From a virus (taxonomy: Duplodnaviria; Heunggongvirae; Uroviricota; Caudoviricetes): a DNA stretch of 64,000 nucleotides. Under the pieces are notes generated by a model. The model did no database searches. It worked only from the letters and a program-made list of their open reading frames with translations, and was not told the origin of the DNA. The stretch lies in IMG/VR virus record IMGVR_UViG_3300020714_000006, one strand, 5' to 3'. The position numbers and the translations under genes are program-made. Shown here piece after piece: positions 9,488 through 17,114 of this stretch; the first letter of the stretch is position 1; the number at the start of each line of letters is the position of its first letter.

Positions 9488-10248
9488 TTATAATCTTCGT
9501 ATAATTGTTCAATTGTCTTACCGGAAGCATAAAACTTCCGGTAATTATCTTTAGCACTAATTAATTGCAAATTGGATATATCTGATACAACATTTATTGG
9601 AACATTATTTATAAACCCATCACTTACGCTATAAATATGGTCAATATGCCAGTCTTTTCCACGTTTATTTTCTGGGTCTAAAATATGTTTGTTCCTTTTG
9701 TATTGTGTATTTAAGTATTGCTGACATTTTTTTCTATACTCTATTCTAGATAGCCCATCGGAAGTAAAGTTTTTATCTTTATATAGTTGATTCCAATAAT
9801 CTGTTCTTTTTTCAGAAAGTAAGTTTTTAATTTCTTTAGATTTTGAAACATTGTCCACACCATATTTTTCAATAGATAATTGTTTCTTTTTATCTTTTAC
9901 AGATTGAAGTTGGCTAGAATTTTCTACACCTATCAATGATTTCATATCTAACATAGAACATCGTTGTGAGCAATATCTATAATATTGTTTATCTTTACTG
10001 CTATATAATACTTGGTTATCACATATATTACATTTTGGTCTACTTGTGATATCATTTGTGTAGCAAAATAATTGTTCAGTAAATGTTGTGTTTAATAAAA
10101 ATGATGTTTTTGTACATATATCAGAATATATGTCAAAATTATGATTCTTAATATAATTAAGACGGTGAGAATGATATATTTTATCTGCACCAATTGATTT
10201 TAAAAAATCAAGAACTTTTTGAAATGAATAAATATAATTACTGGACAT
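9475..10248 (-). CDS. putative HNH homing endonuclease with Zn-finger and KYG repeats
   Basis: CNIC...YCSQRC; IEKYGVDN; WHIDHIYS...SNLQLISAKDN; start moved from 10341 to ATG 10248 (AAGGAGG SD, leader module upstream). Confidence 0.75.
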   Translation of the reverse strand: MSSNYIYSFQKVLDFLKSIGADKIYHSHRLNYIKNHNFDIYSDICTKTSFLLNTTFTEQLFCYTNDITSRPKCNICDNQVLYSSKDKQYYRYCSQRCSMLDMKSLIGVENSSQLQSVKDKKKQLSIEKYGVDNVSKSKEIKNLLSEKRTDYWNQLYKDKNFTSDGLSRIEYRKKCQQYLNTQYKRNKHILDPENKRGKDWHIDHIYSVSDGFINNVPINVVSDISNLQLISAKDNYRKFYASGKTIEQLYEDYNQAV

Positions 10249-10340
10249 AATGAACCTCCTTGGTAAATTGTTAGAATGTCTAGAGTAGTTGGGAACGCCA
10301 ATTCCGTGAACTACATCTTTATTTATCATTTCCATTGACA
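10246..10340 (-). promoter_or_regulatory. endonuclease leader module, copy 3 (divergent)
   Basis: GATAAATAAAGATGTAGTTCACGGAATTGGCGTTCCCAACTAC on the - strand; abuts TTGACA. Confidence 0.8.
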
Positions 10341-10363
10341 ATCTCCATAAACTGTAGTATAAT
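10335..10363 (+). promoter_or_regulatory. sigma70-type early promoter
   Basis: TTGACA-17 bp-TATAAT. Confidence 0.85.
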
Positions 10364-10392
10364 ATAATTTTTAATCACAGAAAAAAACACAT

Positions 10393-10692
10393 ATGAAAAT
10401 TAAAGATAGTCAAGAATTGGTAGTAGTTATGCCAGCTAGAGATCGATTTTGGCACTTAACAGCTGGTGAAATACGTAGTTGGCCTAGACCAGACATAATT
10501 CACGATAGTATATTTGATGCCTTAGGTAGATTAGAGGGATTGCTAGATATAGGGTGTTATTCTACATATATTGCAGTAAAAAATGCTAAACATACTGGAT
10601 ATATAGACGGTGAACAAGCCATGATGGTGCTGGCAATGCCAGAAGACCCATTATTAAAAAAACATAAAGAAGAAGAACTGGAAGAGATGTAA
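10393..10692 (+). CDS. hypothetical protein
   Basis: 99-aa ORF downstream of a promoter. Confidence 0.65.
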   Translation: MKIKDSQELVVVMPARDRFWHLTAGEIRSWPRPDIIHDSIFDALGRLEGLLDIGCYSTYIAVKNAKHTGYIDGEQAMMVLAMPEDPLLKKHKEEELEEM

Positions 10693-10979
10693 TGGCATTA
10701 AAGAACGGTGTTCCTAATCCGTTAGATTATTTTGAATTGCGACGAGTTGAATATGCTTGTCCGCAATTCAAGTATTTCACGATTAACAAATATAGCCCAT
10801 CATTAACTAAAATAATTAATGAGTGGATCATAAAAAACTTAAATAGTAGATATTATATTGGGCAAGGAATAACTCTTGACAATAGTAATACAATAGTGTA
10901 TAATACACGCATTGGATTTGAAAATGAATCTGAAATATCATATTTCATCATTGCGTGTCCACATATTCATGTACAATAA
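10692..10979 (+). CDS. hypothetical protein
   Basis: 95-aa ORF, TAATG coupling. Confidence 0.7.
   Translation: MALKNGVPNPLDYFELRRVEYACPQFKYFTINKYSPSLTKIINEWIIKNLNSRYYIGQGITLDNSNTIVYNTRIGFENESEISYFIIACPHIHVQ
10876..10904 (+). promoter_or_regulatory. intragenic sigma70-type promoter
   Basis: TTGACA-17 bp-TATAAT inside 10692..10979. Confidence 0.7.
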
Positions 10980-10999
10980 ACATATCATAAGGAGATAAT

Positions 11000-11260
11000 A
11001 TGACAAAAGAAGTAGAACAAGAAGTAACTCAAGAAGTAGAACAAGAAGTAACACAAGAAGCAGAGCAACAATCTGATGGTCTTAATATTAATGATTTAAA
11101 TACATTAAGAGCAATTATTGATCTTGCAAGTTCACGTGGTGCTTTTAAACCTGCTGAAATGACTGCAGTAGGAACTGCCTATAATAAGTTAAATAACTTC
11201 TTAGAGCAAGTTGCTAAACAATCAGAATCAGAATCAGCATCAGCTGGGACTGAAGAATAA
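11000..11260 (+). CDS. hypothetical protein with N-terminal EVEQEVTQ repeat
   Basis: AAGGAG SD; 24-nt tandem repeat near the 5' end. Confidence 0.8.
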   Translation: MTKEVEQEVTQEVEQEVTQEAEQQSDGLNINDLNTLRAIIDLASSRGAFKPAEMTAVGTAYNKLNNFLEQVAKQSESESASAGTEE

Positions 11261-11892
11261 TGAACGAAATTAAACATATTGGTAGAATTATTGCAACCGG
11301 TAAGAAATGCATAATTGCCTATAGAACATTACCAGGTGATGCATATAATTGTTTAATTATACCAACTGAAAGTTTACCAGATGTATTCCATGATGCATTG
11401 ATTAATTTAGTTGAAAGTAATACTGGACAATCTTCTTACGAGTTTGCAGAAGCATTAGCTAGAACTAATTTTCCAGATGGCAGTATCATGCTATCAGCAT
11501 TGCATACACAAAACAAAATGATTAAAGTTGCTACAGACAAAATTGAAATGTTACCAAGACCTGGTGTTTCAATTGTTCTGTCAGAATTAAATCAAGTTAT
11601 TGCTGAACAACGTGGAATTCCAGTTGATGAATTAGCAATTAAACCATCTGATAAAAGAGAAGAACCTGCAGTAAAACCACCTGTTGAAGTTCCAGTAGAT
11701 GATGTTACTAAAACTACATCAGCTAGTGTAAATTCTGAAGTGGTTGCATCATTTGATGAAACTGATCCGATAGCTACTGCTAAACATTATCGTTCACAAG
11801 CTGATAAATTAGCTAAAGAAGCCGCAAATTTTCGTAGATTAGCAGAAGATTTAGTTCCTACCGTTAAAAAGAAGGCAAAAGAAAAAGTATGA
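11260..11892 (+). CDS. hypothetical phage protein
   Basis: 210-aa ORF, TAATG coupling. Confidence 0.8.
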   Translation: MNEIKHIGRIIATGKKCIIAYRTLPGDAYNCLIIPTESLPDVFHDALINLVESNTGQSSYEFAEALARTNFPDGSIMLSALHTQNKMIKVATDKIEMLPRPGVSIVLSELNQVIAEQRGIPVDELAIKPSDKREEPAVKPPVEVPVDDVTKTTSASVNSEVVASFDETDPIATAKHYRSQADKLAKEAANFRRLAEDLVPTVKKKAKEKV

Positions 11893-12206
11893 TTGGTGGC
11901 AAAAAATCACTTCCATCTGAAGTGATTGATGCCTGGCCAGAAGTATTCAATGAGGTGACATTAAACGTGTTGCCTCTAGAGTATGTTCGTACAGTCCTCA
12001 TTAATTTCAAGGATGGAAAAACATGGGAAATTAGTGTAACGCCAACTACGCGAAGTAAAATGGTAGAATTTGAAAAAGGACTTTCAGAAATCTTAAGATC
12101 ATACGAAGACCATATTCAAGAAGTTGATGTAAAAATCAATACAAAAAAAGTTCGACGGGATGTTGAAAAATCAATAAAAACAATGTTAAGGAAGATAAAA
12201 TTATGA
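11889..12206 (+). CDS. hypothetical protein
   Basis: 105-aa ORF, ATGA overlaps at both ends. Confidence 0.75.
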   Translation: MIGGKKSLPSEVIDAWPEVFNEVTLNVLPLEYVRTVLINFKDGKTWEISVTPTTRSKMVEFEKGLSEILRSYEDHIQEVDVKINTKKVRRDVEKSIKTMLRKIKL

Positions 12207-12955
12207 CAGCAAAACTTGTATCATATTCACAACCAACAGAAGAATTTGCTGAACTTGGAATAAAAGATGCTCAAGATTTAATTGCATTTTGTGCAAGAGT
12301 TTCAAACCCTTCTAATCAGTTTAATACCGAAACAAGTGATAAACTAATTAGATACCTTATAAAACACAAACACTTTAGTCCACTTGAAATGGTAAGTGCT
12401 TGTATCGAAGTAACTACTACACGCGACATTGCTAGACAACTTCTTAGACATCGCAGTTTTAGCTTTCAAGAATTTAGTCAACGATATGCAGATCCAATAA
12501 AAGATCTAAATTTTGTAATTCGTCAACCTAGATTACAAGATACAAAAAATAGACAAAATTCAATAGAATTGGATTTATCATTAGATTATCATCGTGATAT
12601 TGCAAAGATATGGGAAGAAAAACAGCATTATATTATTAATTCATCAAGAGATGCATATAATTGGGCAATTTCAAATGGAATTGCAAAAGAACAAGCACGT
12701 GTTGTTCTACCAGAAGGACTAATAGAAAGTAAATTATATGTCAATGGAACAATTAGAAGTTGGATTCACTTTATTGAAGTTAGAACAGAAGAATCTACTC
12801 AAAAAGAACATCGTGAATTAGCATTGGAATGTGCTAAAGCAATCTCTAACATATTCCCAATGGCTGACGAATACGTTTATAAAAAACCAGAACCATTGAT
12901 AGAACCTAAAAAAGTTTCATGGTTCAACCGATTTATTATGATATTTAAAAGATAG
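12203..12955 (+). CDS. thyX: flavin-dependent thymidylate synthase
   Basis: HFSPLE, RQLLRHRSFSFQEFSQRY signature, KEQARVVLP. Confidence 0.95.
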   Translation: MTAKLVSYSQPTEEFAELGIKDAQDLIAFCARVSNPSNQFNTETSDKLIRYLIKHKHFSPLEMVSACIEVTTTRDIARQLLRHRSFSFQEFSQRYADPIKDLNFVIRQPRLQDTKNRQNSIELDLSLDYHRDIAKIWEEKQHYIINSSRDAYNWAISNGIAKEQARVVLPEGLIESKLYVNGTIRSWIHFIEVRTEESTQKEHRELALECAKAISNIFPMADEYVYKKPEPLIEPKKVSWFNRFIMIFKR

Positions 12956-12958
12956 TTC

Positions 12959-12987
12959 AAAAATGCCGGGCTTTTCCCGGCATTTTT
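12959..12987. terminator. bidirectional intrinsic terminator
   Basis: AAAAATGCCGGG-ctttt-CCCGGCATTTTT between the convergent early and tail blocks. Confidence 0.85.
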
Positions 12988-13008
12988 GTGTTAGGTTGCA
13001 GCTAAAAT

Positions 13009-13311
13009 TTATTCTTTGTTGTAATCATTTGGAGTACCACTTGATTTTTTAAGAATATTAAATATTCTAGTATTATCTTCAAGCGCCATCAATTCGTGTG
13101 GCTCACCCACCCGAAAATCAATTAATTGACCAGCGGTAGCAATCTGTTCCCAGTCATGACTATAAGCTTTAAGCATCCCTCTAGTTACAATAGTAACATG
13201 TATGTTATCTTCTGTATGCACATGCTTAGGTAGAATATCACCTGCAAATTGAAAATCGTACATCGTTCCTTTTAAATCTCCAAGATTTTCTAGTGTTTTA
13301 GCCAATAACAT
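13009..13311 (-). CDS. small cupin-fold protein
   Basis: LPKHVH...HVTIVTRG...GEPHELMALED; start moved to ATG 13311. Confidence 0.7.
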   Translation of the reverse strand: MLLAKTLENLGDLKGTMYDFQFAGDILPKHVHTEDNIHVTIVTRGMLKAYSHDWEQIATAGQLIDFRVGEPHELMALEDNTRIFNILKKSSGTPNDYNKE

Positions 13312-13831
13312 TTGGTGCGCTTCCTGAATTTGAAATTGAAATCCAATTACCTTTTTCATCTTTAACTGGTGTTTCTGGTAAATTGGATGCAGAAGATGGG
13401 TTAATAATAGTAAAGTTTTTTAATTGATCAATATATTTTTGCCAAACTAATTTATCTTCATCAGTTGATTGTGTTAATTCATTTTGTGCAACATCTATAT
13501 TTCTATTAATAGTTTGTTGTATTAATTCAGTTTGGTTAAATGTTGCAGTATCAATTTCATTTTGTTTTATATCAATTTCATCTTGTGTCATATCACGTAG
13601 ATAGTAACTATCTTCATATGTTTTACCATCTACACCTAAGATATATTTTGATTCTAACACTTGAAAAGTGCCAACTGTCATTTCATCTTGAGTTGGTCTT
13701 GGTAATCTATTAAAAGGTGCAAATGCAGTTGTATTATTTAAATCAATACAAGAAAATGCCTGCATTATATTCTCTCCATATAATGGATGGTTGACCGGGT
13801 TACCGTTTTCAAGTTTTATATATAAATTCAT
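13298..13831 (-). CDS. tail-fibre-associated (assembly chaperone-like) protein
   Basis: Follows the fibre genes; WQKYIDQLKN resembles Tfa-type C-termini; GGAG SD before ATG 13831. Confidence 0.5.
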   Translation of the reverse strand: MNLYIKLENGNPVNHPLYGENIMQAFSCIDLNNTTAFAPFNRLPRPTQDEMTVGTFQVLESKYILGVDGKTYEDSYYLRDMTQDEIDIKQNEIDTATFNQTELIQQTINRNIDVAQNELTQSTDEDKLVWQKYIDQLKNFTIINPSSASNLPETPVKDEKGNWISISNSGSAPNVIG

Positions 13832-13875
13832 ATTATTCTCCATTAACATTGTAGCGTATTATATTTTCTGATAAT

Positions 13876-15606
13876 TTAATCCCATGATATGCTAACAGCT
13901 CCACTGTTACCATTATTTCCATATCCACTACTGCTAATTCCACCCATTCCATATGATTGAGAAGCTGGGGTACCACCTGCACCACCTGCACCACCACTAG
14001 CTACTACCGTATCAAAGGAAGAATTTCCACCAGCCGATCCAGGCGCACCTCCATTTCCTGGGGGCGGTGCATAGGCAAAGAAAAATGGTTCTGGTCTATG
14101 ACCGCCAATTCCACCAGCACCTACAGTTAAGAAATATGTGTTACCGGAAGTAATACTTACAGTTTGGGTTATAATTTGTCCATCGGCACCAGCCGCCCCT
14201 TCAGTTATCACATTATTTGCGCATCCACCATGACCTTCTTGCCCCCAACTGGAACCGTAAGCTCTACCTTCATTTGCGCCACCTCCACCACCAATTGCAA
14301 CAATCGATACTGATGTAGCACCTACTGGAGCAATCCAACTATATGGTCCTGCTACTGTATATAGCAAGGTTCCTTTAGGTGGTATGCTAACAGCAGCTGT
14401 TGATGCTACTATAACACCATTATCTAATAAGTTAACAGTAAATGTTTTTAAATCTTGATTAGTAAGATAGGTAGACATTGTTAATGTAAATGAATAATTT
14501 CCACTACTATCGAGTACAAATGGGCCACCAGTTAATGTATTAGGAGTAAAATCAACATCAACAATCCCACCAGCTATTGAATATGTTAAAGATGAGCCAT
14601 CTGGTAGTTGCGATGCATGTACATTTAATGTTACAGAATTGCCCTGTGTAACAGTTGTTGTACTAGCAGATATTGAGTATGATGGAACTAATACACCACC
14701 AGTTAAACTAGATGCACTCGCAGTTAATTGTGAAACCGCAACATTTGCCCCAGTTGCAACAGTTTGTGTCACTACGCTAGTCAATGTTCCAGTAACGTTT
14801 ATGTCTGCGCCAGAAGTGTCTAGATCTTCAAAATCTATTGTAAATATAATATTAGCTGGTGTTGTTACATTATCAACTCTTGCATAAATGTAATATTTAT
14901 TTGCAGTAAAAGTAGTTCCACTCTGTTGATAAATTAACTGGTCGGTAGTTGTTAAATTATAAAACCCTATTGATGTTCCAGTTCCAATACTTGTGCTGCT
15001 GACAGTTGAACTATGATTAATTGATATAGTACCCATATTACTTAACATAGTTGACCAATCAGTATCTTTGGTAGTGCCAGATCCACCAGTTCTACTAGCA
15101 GTGAAATTTATAGTGCCACCAGAATTAAAAAAATATCGCAAATTATCAATTGATTGTGTAACAGTTACTGAATGTGCAATAATGTTATTCCATTCAGTTG
15201 TTCTAACTTGAGAATTTAGTCCATAAGTTGATTGCTGTCCACTATTAACTAAGAACTTATCAGTAGTAATGGTATTTGCAAAATCAGCATATTGTTGTGT
15301 AATAGTTTGTGATATGACATTAGTAATAGTGGGAATTATTAAATTTTCACCAGCAATATACCCTGGATCAGTCGGGGATAAACTGCCAACAGTAATACCA
15401 GTTTGATGCTGTCTACACGCAATCATATCATTTCGTAATGCATTCCATTCTACTTGTGATATAATATTACCAGATGTTTTAACTGTTGACGTTATTGTTT
15501 GCCCATATCCACTTTGACCAGATCCTGCGCTATAAATAGCATCAACTGTTGCTTTTATCGCAGTATAATCACTCGCTAAAATTAAATTGCCAACACCTAT
15601 TGTCAT
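13876..15606 (-). CDS. tail fibre / receptor-binding-like structural protein with Gly-rich C-terminal domain
   Basis: T/S/G-rich; C-terminal WIAPVGATSVSIVAIGGGGG...LTVGAGG. Confidence 0.65.
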   Translation of the reverse strand: MTIGVGNLILASDYTAIKATVDAIYSAGSGQSGYGQTITSTVKTSGNIISQVEWNALRNDMIACRQHQTGITVGSLSPTDPGYIAGENLIIPTITNVISQTITQQYADFANTITTDKFLVNSGQQSTYGLNSQVRTTEWNNIIAHSVTVTQSIDNLRYFFNSGGTINFTASRTGGSGTTKDTDWSTMLSNMGTISINHSSTVSSTSIGTGTSIGFYNLTTTDQLIYQQSGTTFTANKYYIYARVDNVTTPANIIFTIDFEDLDTSGADINVTGTLTSVVTQTVATGANVAVSQLTASASSLTGGVLVPSYSISASTTTVTQGNSVTLNVHASQLPDGSSLTYSIAGGIVDVDFTPNTLTGGPFVLDSSGNYSFTLTMSTYLTNQDLKTFTVNLLDNGVIVASTAAVSIPPKGTLLYTVAGPYSWIAPVGATSVSIVAIGGGGGANEGRAYGSSWGQEGHGGCANNVITEGAAGADGQIITQTVSITSGNTYFLTVGAGGIGGHRPEPFFFAYAPPPGNGGAPGSAGGNSSFDTVVASGGAGGAGGTPASQSYGMGGISSSGYGNNGNSGAVSISWD

Positions 15607-15615
15607 ACTTATTCC

Positions 15616-17103
15616 TTATAAAATTACTGCTTCAATTAGTTTAGTATCAGTAATATCACTATTTTCTAGAGATATTGCAAATACATGCTCGCTTGAATTT
15701 GATTGTATTCTTGCCACACCATTATTATCAGGAACCAAACTATCGCCTTTTTTAACGATACCATTTACTTTAACTGGAACTCGCCCTTTTAATGCAATAT
15801 ATGTACCATTTTTTAAATCTGTATTCATCATAAATGCAGGATTTTCGGACACTACACCAATAGCTCTGGCACCAATTATACTAGCGATTACTTCTTTGTC
15901 ACCACCGACCATAACAACTGTTCCAAATTCATATTCTTGATCAGCTAAATATTTTTCTGCTAAATCCGCATATTGTGCAGTTGTTGCTGTTCCATGAAAT
16001 ATATTAGCATATATATCACCAGCGTTATCACGAACGGCAATGTTACTTCCAGTTATTCCATTTAGTATAGTATTTATTGATGCTTCGTAATAATAACCAG
16101 ATACCAATAATGTATTAGCTTTTGTTGCTGTTCCATTAAAAATATTAGCATATATATCACCAACTGCATCTCTAGAAACAATTGAAGTTTTATCAGTTGT
16201 ATCTGGAATAAACGTAGTTGCTTGAATATCATTTACTAAAGTAGTTCCATTGTTTACTTGCATAGTCAATGCTTTAGTTGCTGTTCCAATTACGTCGCCA
16301 TGCAAATTATTAACATAGATATCTCCCAAATTATCTCTTGAAACTATAGAAGTTTTATCACTTGATGTTGGAACAGCAACTGTTGCCTGAACTGCTGGTT
16401 TTATACCTCCACCATTAAGACTAATATTCATCGTATCAGTGTTGGATGATGTTCCATAAAATTTATATGAAGCAACAACACCTGGAGTCGTATAACCAGG
16501 ATTCAACGGATCTGCTGTATTAACTAATGTAATACCTGGATGAATATCTATAAATCCAGAAATAGCACTTATATTAGGCAATAACGTAAATGTTGCATCG
16601 GTGCTTACTGTGAAAATAGTAGTTCCATTTACGGATGCTGCAATTATTTCATGTGTATTACTATTTGTATCGGTAACAGTTAATGTTTCAAAACTAGTAT
16701 TTCCAGAATTAGTTTGTGGTGGTCCTATTAAATTATATCCAGTTGATGAATAAACATATAGTTGTTTATTTATAGTATCAAACCAAAAATCACCTTCTGT
16801 TAAATAAGATGGTTCACCAGTTGACGTATCTGCCCCAGAAATAGTTCTCCAGTTTAAATTTTTATCATATAATTTTAATTTATTTACACTGCTATCAAAC
16901 CATAATTGTCCTGCAACTGGTTTAGTTGGTGCAGATACGTTTGCGAAATTTTCTAACAAATACACAAAATTATCATTCTGTAAAGTTCCATACCCTGAAT
17001 AATTCTTTCCTATTAATGTAAGTTCAGTTGTAGTATTATCAACAGTACCATCCGCGATTACTGTTAGTTGTGTTCCATTATATGTATTAATGATATATGA
17101 CAT
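15616..17103 (-). CDS. tail fibre-like protein with internal repeats and C-terminal chaperone-like domain
   Basis: N-terminal LIGKNYSGYG...LLENFA (shared with the neighbouring gene); RDxxGDIYAN repeats; YADLAEKY...IALKGRVPVKV. Confidence 0.7.
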   Translation of the reverse strand: MSYIINTYNGTQLTVIADGTVDNTTTELTLIGKNYSGYGTLQNDNFVYLLENFANVSAPTKPVAGQLWFDSSVNKLKLYDKNLNWRTISGADTSTGEPSYLTEGDFWFDTINKQLYVYSSTGYNLIGPPQTNSGNTSFETLTVTDTNSNTHEIIAASVNGTTIFTVSTDATFTLLPNISAISGFIDIHPGITLVNTADPLNPGYTTPGVVASYKFYGTSSNTDTMNISLNGGGIKPAVQATVAVPTSSDKTSIVSRDNLGDIYVNNLHGDVIGTATKALTMQVNNGTTLVNDIQATTFIPDTTDKTSIVSRDAVGDIYANIFNGTATKANTLLVSGYYYEASINTILNGITGSNIAVRDNAGDIYANIFHGTATTAQYADLAEKYLADQEYEFGTVVMVGGDKEVIASIIGARAIGVVSENPAFMMNTDLKNGTYIALKGRVPVKVNGIVKKGDSLVPDNNGVARIQSNSSEHVFAISLENSDITDTKLIEAVIL

Positions 17104-17114
17104 CTAAATTCCTT

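Noticed and set aside
1971-10340. Repeated module as a CRISPR or other guide-RNA array
   Set aside because: The three copies are kilobases apart with no repeat-spacer periodicity, and there is no cas, IscB or TnpB-like gene in the window.
10249-10341. 31-codon N-terminal extension of ORF 9475..10341
   Set aside because: It reads through the promoter/leader module; the strong SD points to ATG 10248.
13298-13359. Programmed frameshift between the chaperone-like and cupin genes
   Set aside because: The overlap shrinks to 14 nt using ATG 13311, consistent with ordinary translational coupling.
15981-16162. Diversity-generating retroelement TR/VR pair
   Set aside because: Both copies are in-frame coding repeats, differences are not confined to adenines of one template copy, and no reverse transcriptase is in the window.
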